In this document: piece by piece, positions 48,712-60,058 of the stretch
Numbering within the stretch: the first letter of the stretch is position 1
Layout: each line of letters starts with the position of its first letter
NCBI GenBank assembly: GCA_002633005.1
Contig: NMRA01000011.1
Coordinates: 1,128,429 to 1,192,428, forward strand
Source: Phoronis australis
Taxonomy: Eukaryota; Animalia; Phoronida
Direction: 5' to 3'
DNA length: 64,000 nucleotides
Notes under the pieces: generated by a model
What the model was told of the DNA's origin: nothing
Seen by the model: the letters and a program-made list of their open reading frames with translations, nothing else
Databases searched by the model: none
Program-made: the position numbers and the translations under genes

Positions 48712-49655
48712 CATAGGCGGATTTGGGGGGGGGCCCAAGGGGCCCGGGCCCCGCCCCCTTGGCTGCCGCAAAAAACAGAAAGAGCGTAGGGAAATGGTGA
48801 GTTGATTAATTAACCCCGGTAATTAAAATTATACGGATGAAAAAAGATTTAAATGTGTGCAGTTTTAGTGTTGGGGGGTGCTCAAACCCAATTTCAAGTG
48901 TCGAATTCGGAACACGGCGCATTCGTAACGGAACTATGGCTAAGTATAGGCTCTCCCGCGATATCCCAGGCGACCGGCAGTGGCGCTGCGCAGTACGACT
49001 CCGTTTTCGTCGTCTGCTCCACTGTGCAATGAAGAAATTTTACTTCATTTTTTAAAGAGAATGGAACCTGAGTGACGATGAAAAAACAGAAGCTGTTGGT
49101 AAGATGTGAATTTTAATCGAAGCCTTAGTGAATCACTCAGAAACTCGCAATAATCGAAAAACGGATTTGGTCTTTTGGGCATTTGAAGACTATTTTAAAT
49201 ACGACAAATTTTTTAAGAATTGATGGCGCAAAATGTAAAAGTATAGCATTACGAAAAGAAGTAGGTTTCGCGCGCAAACGCTGTGGACCATAAACAAGTA
49301 GGTCTTTTAGTATTACTCTAGTAGTTAAATCGTGGTGGTGTAGTGGTAACGCACGCGCTCACTAAACTCCAGGTCGAGAGTTCGAGTCATTGGTACGTTC
49401 AGTTCAAGTTTTCCTGTTTGACACGTTCTCCGTTTTTTTTCTTTTTTTCTTGGATAATACTTCAGGAATCAAGGAAAATACTTGATTTTTAGAGGTAAAA
49501 ACAGAAAAATTTCCTGAGCGGGAGGGGGGAAACCCCCTCCCGACCTCCCCCCATTCGGTGCTATGCGCATCTACAATCGTGGTTCAGTTTGCGCAAATGC
49601 CTACAGCCGGACAAAATGTTGGGACCCCCCTTGTGATATCCTAGATCCGCCACTG
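48712..49655. mobile_element. 944-bp non-autonomous DNA element with 5-bp TSD ATATA, nested in the Helentron array
   Basis: TIRs cataggcggattt / agatccgccactg. atata lies at 48707-48711 and 49656-49660. Removing the insert restores the unit seen uninterrupted at ~7010-7040 and ~50440-50470. Confidence 0.85.
49330..49395 (+). other. tRNA-derived Pol III promoter-like segment (A box plus B box)
   Basis: TGGTGTAGTGG (49336-49346) and GAGTTCGAGTC (49378-49388) at tRNA-like spacing. The acceptor and anticodon stems do not pair. Confidence 0.55.
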
Positions 49656-52600
49656 ATATATGCCAATTTTCACAATCATCCTTTGATTGGTTTGCTTGAT
49701 AGAGAGTGGACGCAAAAAACAGACTCGAAAACAGTAAAAATGGCCACTAGATGGCGCGAAATACCACGAATCCATCCGAAAACAGGAGGACAGCGTCATG
49801 TCACTAATAGATGCGTATCTGCCAAATATCACGAAGATCCTTTGAGGATCTTTGACGATACAAAGATGAACGTAAAAAAATAAAATTGCCACTAGGAGAC
49901 ACACCGATAGTCGGATCCGTCCGTCCGAAAGTTCATTCATGTCGTCCCATCTAAGACAGAAACACATCTGCGAAATTTCATGAACATGTATCAAAGGGTT
50001 TTGGAGATACAGCTGGGGACGCCGGACGCCCAGACACAGATCACGGCAACATGCACTCACATATAAATATAAGGGCGCACAAAATGGCCACTAGGTGGCG
50101 CAAAAATACCACGAATCGAACCGAAAACCGGAGGATAGCATCATCTCACTAATAGATGCCTATCTGCCAAATTTTATGAAAATCCGTTGAGGACCTTTGA
50201 AAATACAGAGGTAAACGTAAAACACAAAAATTGCCACTAGGGGGCACACCGGAAGTCCGATCCGTCCGAAAGTCGCCGTGGTCCGTTCTCAACTTTATAT
50301 AAATACATTAGCAAAATTTAATAAAGATCCTGTAGAGCGTTTAGGAGATACAGCCACGGGCGCAAAAACAAACAAAACTAACACTAGGAGGTGCCTAAGT
50401 AGTCGAAGTCATCGGAAAATCATATTCAGCCGCCCTCTTCACAGTAAGAACATATATGTCACTTTCACAATTATCTCTTGAGCGGTTTGGTTGACAGAAG
50501 GGCAGACGCAAAAAAAAACAGACCCCAAAACAGTAAAAATGGCCACCAGGTGGCGCAAAGTACCTCAAATCCATCCGAAAACGGGAAGATAGCGTCATCT
50601 CACTAATAGATACCTAACTGCCAAATTTCATGAAAACCCGTTAAGGGCCTCCGAAGATACAGAGGTAAGCGTAAAAAACTAAAATTGCCACTAGGAGGCA
50701 CACCGGTAGTCAGAGAGGTCCGAAATTCGCCGTCATCCGTCGTGAGCTTCATAGGAACACATCTGCCAAATCTCATCAAGATCATATGAGGGGTTTAGGA
50801 GATACAGCTGCGGACGCCGGACACCGGACGACGGACGCCCAGATAGAGACGACGGCAATATGCACCCATATGTGGGCGCATAAAAATGGACTTAAATGGA
50901 CTTATTATGCGATTATTTTAACTTTCACGAATTGCACTGAGCTGGTCGTCTGAACGCACGTTAGGCGAACGTCTTTGCTACTCGAGCATTCGCAAACGGG
51001 AGAAAACCCGAGTGTGAACCGACTAAGCGTTGTATAACTGAAGAATCATTTGGAACACCTCGGGTCGGGTATTTTCGTAGCCTAAAATCCCCCAGGAGCT
51101 TACCTCAATGCGAATCCCTCATAGGAAAACGAGATTTTCAAGGTCGCAAACAGATAACAGGACCGTCAATATGTACTCTCTTTTGAATAAACAACCCATA
51201 AGATTCAATCGACGGCATAAAAATGTCGTTATAACGGCCTTCATTATACTTCAAAGAAATTTTAGGCCACCTACAATACAACGCGGCAAGTTCCCGTGCA
51301 TGCAGAGTGGATGACGCAATCAGATATATTTTGCGGGCGTAACATAGAGTCGAGGCGTTGTCCAAACGAGAGTACATTGACACTCCAATCGATATACCTG
51401 GCAAGATAATGAGATTACAGTGTGCTTTAATACTGTTTGTAATGCTCGCTAATTAATCTAAAAATGGAGTTTCGATCATTGAAAGGCAGGTAATCATGTT
51501 CACGAGAAATCCTTTCCTACTTATAGCTATAACAAACTTGACGCATATTCTCAACTATTTTTAACATAAGTGTGGACAGATCGGGGAAGCTTTTCTCAGT
51601 TTAAATTGAGCTATAAATATGCATTTGTAATAACAGACAATAGATGGAGAGTCTAGAAATCGCATTACACGTTTATGACCAAATACTCAAACCCGACTGA
51701 ATTAACTACTTAGTCAGGGTGTCACTATAAACTCTATTCTTATGGTGGAAAAAGAGCATTTCACCAATGCCAAATTTACATCAATAAAGCCCTATTCGTC
51801 TTGTACCTTGATGATTTGTCAGTCGCCTATTGTGCAGTTGTATGTGGTTTAATATTACAGTCCGAAAGGGATTTCTACGTTTGAAATTCAAAACTCGTAA
51901 ATTTATTACCGGTAAGCATTGAAAACTCGTCACTGAGAGCGTTAGGGTCAAAGTGTAAACCTGCGTCTCAAACTATGATTTGAAGTGTTGTGATGCGTAA
52001 TATTTTAAAAATGTTTTATAGTAACACTTCTGTTATCTTGACGAGTTCTGTAATTGTTGAAATTAACATCAGACTGCAAAATAAATTGGGAAAAGCCCAA
52101 CTGCCATAGAACAGGCCTGTGACTCGTGCTGAGCGTAAGAACCAGCAGCGCAAAGGCTCGTCCACGGAATATTTTGCAGAAAGACCGATTACGTCAGAAA
52201 TGATAATTAGCCAACAACTCAGGTAGTGCATCAATCGTTAAGTTTATATATACCTTCAAATTAATAAACGATCGCAGACATTTGCACAGCACTAGTAAAT
52301 TAAGTACAACACAGGGAAATCATTAAGGTAACGTGTCTTGAGCATGTTTACATCTACGTAGGTACCAACTGTTTAATCTATGATGGCACCAGTTACGGAG
52401 AGTTCCAATCACTGAGTAGCGTTCACGACAAAGTAAAAACGTTTCTGTAGTCAATTATTGCGAGGCGGCAATATTCCCAGGTAGTACGACTGGCATTATC
52501 ATCAACGTGGCAGAAGTTGTTATCACCGAGTAAACATGAAAAGTGTCTCCTCGCGTCAGCGTAACACCTTAACAACACCTGTGGCAATAGTGCCCTATAT

Positions 52601-52940
52601 AAAACCACTTTGATGGATGGTAACTTGTAGAACCATACATGTACACCTCTGCGGCGTTGCTGGAGAGCGACGAGCGCTGTTGTGTGCTATGAGACTTGAC
52701 AATCGTTTGTCAATACCAGGATTTTAAACCACGACCTTTCAGACAGTAGGATTTCACACTTTTCTGGTACAGTTGGTGCGTTTTTTGTTTGCGATTTTGC
52801 TAGTTAAGCTACTGAGACGCCCACTAACAATGATAATGTTTTATTCTGACATTTCCTGTGCAACCTAAAAGACCGTGGGTTGAAATTCTGGCAGTAAGAA
52901 TCAGTTGCTAAATTTAATCATAAAATAAAATAATAATCTT

Positions 52941-53047
52941 GATGATGAATTTGATGAATATGAATATGATGATGATGATGACGACGACGACGACGACGAT
53001 GATGATGATGATGATGATGGTGATGATAATGATAGATAATGATGATG
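52941..53047 (+). repeat. Compound (GAT)n/(GAC)n microsatellite
   Basis: gatgatgatg acgacgacga cgacgacgat gatgatgatg... Confidence 0.95.
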
Positions 53048-56000
53048 ATATGGATAACAAAGACTTTCTATAAGTTCACCACTCAAAAGCGCTAGTCGCT
53101 CACGGGATGATGGTTGGGGTAATCGCCACGGGAAACGTCGTGCATCAGGCCCATTATAGAGATTGCCAGAGTACAGAGAGGTGTATCAGTTCTGTGTCGC
53201 AACGAATTCAGTATTTGGTGGACCAGTGGTATACTAGACTGAAAACTAAGTTGATTGCAGGGTGCAATGTACGTGAGGCCACTAAAAAGGCCGAACTTTA
53301 CTAACTGTCTGGCAACTATTAGGCAGTAATTAACAAGACAATATTGAGGCTTGTCCAGTATTACTCAAGCTTCACTGGTGACTATGTCTGCAAAAAATTC
53401 AAGCTTGGAATTACTGTTGCAGAAGGTTACAGTTAAATTTGCATTTTGCGAAATGTAGCTTTAATTAAGGTTGTTCAAGATTGGTTATGTTTAGCTAGTT
53501 TGATTTGGTTTTGCAACAAATTATAATGTCAGCCATAGGCTCTAAAACCAGTCTATCGTGAAAACATTAAGTTCTAATTTAGACCACCAACCGTTATAAA
53601 ACTGATCTCAACTTGTCATTAAACGCGATTTCATAAACAAGCACGCAAAATATTCGTGTGTACCTATCACAAAAAATATTATTATTATCATGTTGAATTT
53701 GGTTACTCTCTGATTTCTGGACTTGAAAAAAGCTGATAATTTTCTGTTTTAGACCAGGCTAAACAAGTTCGATTGTCATGGCAGGCCATTTTATGTTGCC
53801 AAACACGGTGGTCTCAAGTACTAACGAACGTCCAGTTCTTTACAAGCCTAGGTCACATCTCATTTGATTAAGGCATCGTTATGACCTGTTTTACAGCGGC
53901 AGCCCTATGTTGTTCGTATTTTGCGCGTAAGTTTTCGGGAAGTGTATTGCAGTTGCAAGCATAAATAGAACACCGGTGACAGCTGCACTCGTCGATTGAA
54001 CTGTAAAATTTAAGGTGTATTTCGAGACGCGCGAAATCTTCGTAAACAACAACATTCACGTGAATGTACCAGCCTTTCGAGGCTCGCTCCACTGTCCAAG
54101 AAAACGCATGCTCACGCTGCACATCAGTTGGTAGAACAAAGACTGGACACATCACGGAAAATATCTAGTTGATGCTGTTCTATCCGTGGCGGTGATCGCA
54201 TGTTCTGTAATTCGTTTTATAGACTCCAATGATCTCATTTGCTTAAATATCTATCCCTTCTGTTATCTCAAAAAACGTAATCTGATTCAAAGGTTTCAGT
54301 TCCTAATGTCCTTCGGGCCAACATAAGCGGCTAACATAGATACCTGTATGTAAATGCAACCTATAAATCTTACTTACTTCTAGAATATAGTTCTCAGGTA
54401 GGCGACCTCCAATGTACTAAATCCACAGAAAAGGTGTTTCAGCTGCGCGTGTTGCCAAGCCCAACGAGTGACGGATGAGCTAACATTTAGAATTCCAGCA
54501 ATGCTTTGCCCACATACTCCTCAAGATGTCAGTGATTTCTCTTCGCCATCTACCAGGATAGACGACTACAAGATCTGTAAGTAATTGAAGAAAATTAATA
54601 CTGCCAACAGAGTACCGCTGCTCGCTCTAAAGGGTAGTATTGACGTCAGAAACCTAATTCCGAACACGTGGTCTTCAAGATTTCTCACACAAGATAACCA
54701 GAAAACATTGCAAGACCAACGGCGACGATCAGACTGTTGTCATTAGTTAATTGTGATGGAAACGTGTGAGCGACATACATCAAACTAATGAGCTGGTAAA
54801 CGACTGAGAGTGTCGGAGGATTATGCAAATAAAAGCCTCGAGTGAATTGGTTTTTTGTCCTGAATCAGGAAGAGCATCAGTAAAAAATGCACCGTTGTTG
54901 CGTGTCACGAAAAACTATCAAATCAAATGCTAGTCCGTTATGCTATTGTTTCTTGGGTAACCGACACACTATACTAATTAAACGGACATCACCGTAGTCA
55001 CGACCAAGTTTGAGTTTTCAAGCTGAGTAATTTGTATTTTTCCATACACAATACGGAGCATTCCGTATGATAATCTGTGTCATATACGAGCACGGAGAAT
55101 ATATTATAGAGAGTTGTTTAAACGCAACGTTGACAAATATTTGAACGTTGCTGTTTTAATATTCAGTGCGTTTGGGTACAGGGGTACCTTGACTGCAACA
55201 CCGGCGTGATGGCTTGCAAGTGCACGCAGTTCCAAACTTGCTAACAGCTAACTGTAGTTGAATTATCAGTTGAGAAAATGTTGCATGGATCTTCTCTGTT
55301 CAGTGCAGTCAAGTCTACTCTTCCCAGGCGATCGCCGCGGGATGACGCAGTGTTGACTCCGAAATCCTATTCATCAAATATTATTCTGAGGGAGAACGGA
55401 ATCCTCTTCTTTGTTGGCGGAATCGGCTATCCTAAAAGGTAAATTTTGATCGCCATTTAACAACTAGTTGGATTGTGGCGCCTTTTCCATGTTTACTTCT
55501 GCCAATCGAGATAAAAAGGAATCTTTTGGAGCTTTGCGGGCACGACAGCCACCACTTGTCATTTCACCCTACACTGACTAGAATTGAATAAGGACGATTA
55601 TAGTCCCGCAGCATATTTTTTCTCGTCACAAACGGATTTTTATTTTGGAAAAAGTAAGCTACCAAAAAGTATCTCACCACCAACTCCTGATTTTCGAAAA
55701 AAAAAATCAGAGCTAGCAATGTTTTTTCGACCTAACTAATTGCCGGTTTTTTTTCTTACCAAGCCTAGAAATCACGTCTAAGGGAACAAGTTGAAACCAT
55801 TTCATATCGGTAAGTGATCTGAATCAAAAGTAACATTTTGACAGAATAAGGGATTATATCAGTTTTCATCGGCCTTGATTTTCATGTTCGATTGTAAACT
55901 AAACACAGCTTCACCTTAAACATACGTGGCTCTCGAAGTTCGCGCAAAAACATGGGCAGTTTGCCAAACCCCACAATCGTCTGAAACCATTGGTGAGACA

Positions 56001-58064
56001 CTCGTGAGAAAAAAAAGCCAAACAACTGCAGTGTTCGATGTGCAGTTCACTTGCAGGCAGTAGATAGTCACTGGCAAAGGTTGTAAATATTGTGGAAAAT
56101 AAAAATAACATCCTAGTCTAGGTAGATACTGTACAGTTAGAATACAAAAACATTGCGGTGTAACTTGATCCAGTCAGACCGCAGTGTATGTAAGGTTATT
56201 ACAATGAATGCGTAGGCATGCATATTGACTAATCAACAAATGTCAGATTTATGTTAGTTCTAATACTTGGTTTAACTGACACAATCTCGCATTAGATTTT
56301 CTAGGTCGAGTTCACAAGAATATCTTTACATCCACAATTTGGCGGATTAAAGAAACATTGCATTGCGCGAAAATCGTGAATCGTGGGTGTTTGTCGTATT
56401 AGGGGTTAATTGATGTTAAAACAAGAATAAGAAACACATCAGACGCGTCGTGATAAGCGTCGGATTGCAAATCGACTATCCTTGGCATTCTCATCAGAGC
56501 CCTGTTCAAATACACGCATTATAGTGAAAACAGAATTATGAACCGTTCAATCATAATCGATCATGTTCAGCCTCATGAAATCTCAACTTAAAGTCCATCT
56601 GGATTGTGATTTGCGAATTGTGAATGGGCTCCAAAGTTATTCTTAACGAAGGAAAACTCAAGAGAATTTTGATGAAGCTTGGTTGTCCAAGAGTGTCAGC
56701 ACATGCGACAGCGTGAATGGTCCAATAAATATGGTATCTGGGTATTAAGGTAAATTGGAACAACGCACCTATACAGATTGCACACCATTTGCCCATATGT
56801 TCGCGTAACAAACATCTGAATAACACGGTAGTCAACTCGAGAAAACTAAAAAAATTCAGTTCAACATTCCCAAACGATGTGATTTTGGCAACATTCTATC
56901 CATCATGCTTACCGTTCGTACAGTCTCACAACGCGAAATACCTCACGCACAACTTTCCTCAGCCGTGTGACCAAAGGTTTTAAGCCAACCTCAAAACGTG
57001 ACACTTATTTGAGAAAACCTACAGATAGCAAAAAGAGCACATATTAAACTGCATCATTTCTAATTAACAAATGCTCTGTTAGTCGTCAACTAATCCATAG
57101 AAAATAAGGAATAGTGAAAGCATACCCCACTGCGTAGCAACAGTGCAGCACCGTACTTTTAACACTGAGGGAAGAATACTATGTTCAAAATTTCAGATCT
57201 GCCAATGCTCTTCTCTTATGATGACGCCAAGTCGTCAAACGCGACATCGCAAAAATCCCTCGTCGCCTAACAAACGAAGTTTGAGGTCGCTAACACTGGC
57301 ATCGAAGCCGCCAACAAAAAAAAAAGAAAAAAAAAACGAGTGGGATCCCGTTGTCACAAAATACGTATACCTCTTCCATTTCTCCCCGTCGTAAAAATAT
57401 GCACCACTCAATGTCTAACCGACTTCCTACCCCAAACGAAGAACGGAAGACAATCGGATACACTGGAGGGGCGCGTGTTTCATGGTCCAATGTTTGCCGA
57501 CTTTCGTCTGTGTACTTCCTGTTGAAATTAAAGGCGTGTTGGATGTGTGTTGACTACTGAGGGCGGCAAATGCACTGATTTTACGAAATAAACTGAACAA
57601 GTATGAATCAAAGGTATAGAATCTAGGAAAACTGTTAGTATTTTGAAACACTGGATTTCTGGGGAATTTTTATATGACTTTGATACTGGCTGATGCGACT
57701 TGGAAGATTTACCAGGTCCCCAAACACAATCTGAAGTCGAGCACTGTGTGCGAATGTTGGAGAAGTGTTGAACTGCATACCAGCGCTTCCCACATTGAAC
57801 TATTAGTAGAACGGGGTTATTTGCAAAACGGAAACAATATTCACCTCACGCGAAATTGCATGTTCCAAACGTAACAACACGAGCGGATTTATGAAAGGAT
57901 ATTTTAACGTTGCGTTGAATTTTTAATTTCAAGTTCTTCCTAACTCAGATGAGATGGGATTTCTAGGTTTGCAAAGATCTGGCAGTTCTTTACTCCTCAT
58001 AACTACTCTTCGCGTAATTCACACGCCGTGACAAGACAAATATTACAGCTTGGGTTTTATCCTT

Positions 58065-58400
58065 TACTCGAAATCAAATACGAAATTATTTTTGGCATTT
58101 TCTATAATTCTACTTTTATACAAAGGCAAGATAAGTTTCTATTATTCTCTGCTCGAGTATATAACGACTTACATGGACTACGTTCTAATCCTAATTTGCA
58201 CTTGATGACCCCCGCATCAAGGCTAAAAGGTCGAGTCTGAACTCTAAATCCCAAGTTTTCACTCGAGGTTGTAACACGATCCTAGGGGTCATCAGGTGCG
58301 AATTTGGACTAGAAACTTATATGCATAAACCATTATATACTTGAGCACTGAACAGTAGAATGAAAGATACCAAAAACAATTGCGAGTTCGATTTTGAGTA
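58065..58400. repeat. Diverged foldback element (~335 bp)
   Basis: Nested inverted matches tactcgaaatc/gattttgagta, tgctcgagtatataa/ttatatacttgagca and ttctaatcctaatttgcacttgatgacccc/ggggtcatcaggtgcgaatttggactagaa. Confidence 0.75.
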
Positions 58401-59030
58401 CAAAGATTAGACCATGACCCCAGGTCTCATGTGATAACGAACTATCAGTTCATTTGAAGCCCCGACATCACCTTCAATTTAAATGAGGAAAAACGTGGGA
58501 CCTGTTGCATCTAAATCAAAAGTTGTCTTTTTTGTGCTGGAAGGCTGGTTTATATCCGCTCCTCTATTAGGAATATTTTACCAAACAAATCCATGAGAAT
58601 TCACATAAAATGCAGCGCAATAGAATGTTAGTGCTGTTACCTACATGTAGTTGCTACTCGCTTCAACACTTTCTCCAATGATGTGCTATCGGGGTGACAA
58701 ACTATGGAGCAAACATCCTACTGAGAGCTACTACTGACATTGAGAGAATGTTGTTATGTACAGAGTAAGTATGAGTGTCAACTGTGCGTTAGATGTGCAA
58801 AACTGACCATGTAAAACGAACTTGTAGGTTAAATATTATGTTAAAAATGTGCTTTCATACTTCTGTTTATATTTTAATTGTATTCTGTTTGTACATATTT
58901 TTTTACTATTGTACATATATATATATTTCTCATTTCTGGTCGGCTCACTGGCATGTGTACTAATGTTTATTTGTGTTCACCGTGTCTACAGGAAATAATG
59001 TTTTAGGCAGTTCAAGGCAATCGTAGACAG

Positions 59031-59131
59031 TCTTTAATTAACTAAGTTTTACCCACCTACCTAGTTCAAAGTAGCCGTAAACATCAATAATCTTCAATTA
59101 GCTAAGCTTTACCTACCTACCTAGTTCAAAG
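59031..59131 (+). repeat. Two ~41-bp direct repeats with period 60
   Basis: tctttaattaactaagttttacccacctacctagttcaaag vs tcttcaattagctaagctttacctacctacctagttcaaag. Confidence 0.8.
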
Positions 59132-59622
59132 CCGAGCTCGTTCCACACAGTGTTAGTCAATTTCCGCGTTACGCTATCGGGTACATCATGACATATATAT
59201 AGTAGTACCAGTCTGTGCAATGGATTCGACCCTAGTATTTTCTAACGGGTTTTCTAACGGCACTGGAAATATATTTCACAAGCGTAAAACCATACAGACG
59301 TATGCATCGGAGATTATTTTTTCCTCCACTGTTGTCATTCACCACTGACGTCACTGCACGCCGTGTTTAAACAATCAACCGGCAAAAATTTTCACTTGTT
59401 CAAAGATAATGAAACCCTGGTCTCGCACATTTTGATCGGCTGATCCTTGGAACATCACTCGTACCAAGGAAACACTTGTTGACTAATCACGTGTTATACC
59501 ATTCTCGACATCATGTTTCACGGTCAATATCACCGATCTTAGGCTTGAATGTAGTCATCTTAGAACCAGATAGTAGACCCTTCCCTACAAACTTGAGGGG
59601 GGGTTCAAAGCTTCAATGTGTA

Positions 59623-60058
59623 CCGTTGTCATGGTAACCAAGTATTTTGGAATTACAACAATGTACACAAGCTGCACACGCAATTTTGAAGAACTTAAAC
59701 TACCTTGAAGAAAACACAGTTTGTTCTTTTAAAAATAGTCCATAACCATTAGGACACTTGAAAATTCCAAAATGGTTCCAAGGCAACTTAGGTACACAAA
59801 CTTGGAAGAAGTCACTTTTGCAGCCTCAAAGCTGCGGGCACTTTATGCAACAGGTCTACACCAATTAATAACTAAAACTAAATACTGATATGTCAAAGCC
59901 AATAGAACTATTTCGAAAATACAAAAATAGTCGCTATGGTAACTAATGCAAATAAATATGTAAAGCAAATACTTTTGATTGATTTTAACAAAGCTGTGCC
60001 ATAATTACCAATACCTGTAGCGTTTCAGGAATCCAATAAAGGATTACCATGACAACGG
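59623..60058. repeat. Segment bounded by a perfect 15-bp inverted repeat containing RFX X-box-like motifs
   Basis: ccgttgtcatggtaa / ttaccatgacaacgg. Internal gttccaaggcaac and gtcgctatggtaac. Confidence 0.55.

Larger units (their letters stand above)
47726..50886 (-). mobile_element. Non-autonomous Helentron (HINE/DINE-1-like) composite with an internal higher-order tandem array
   Basis: On the minus strand: 5' ttttt-atgcgccc subTIR with a nearby partial IR, a (GTCC)-like microsatellite, a central array of ~130-160 bp units, 3' subTIR gggcgcat (revcomp of 47750-47757), short hairpin caacgc-NNN-gcgttg (47733-47747) and a ..cttgt end. This is the DINE-1 architecture. A second 5' terminus occurs at ~50000-50084. 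Confidence 0.85.

Noticed and set aside
49330-49395. Functional tRNA gene
   Set aside because: A and B boxes are present, but the acceptor, anticodon and T stems do not pair.
47726-50886. CRISPR-like reading of regularly spaced conserved motifs, and the ORFs within the array such as 49641-50060
   Set aside because: Whole units are homologous tandem repeats with indels. The ORFs are chance frames with no recognisable domains.
52901-53086. Ser-rich ORF or an Asp-rich exon
   Set aside because: It is produced by the GAT/GAC microsatellite, with stops nearby and no splice support.
56465-56500. Second hammerhead candidate (minus strand CTGATGA...)
   Set aside because: The GAAA core is replaced by GATT and stem II is imperfect.
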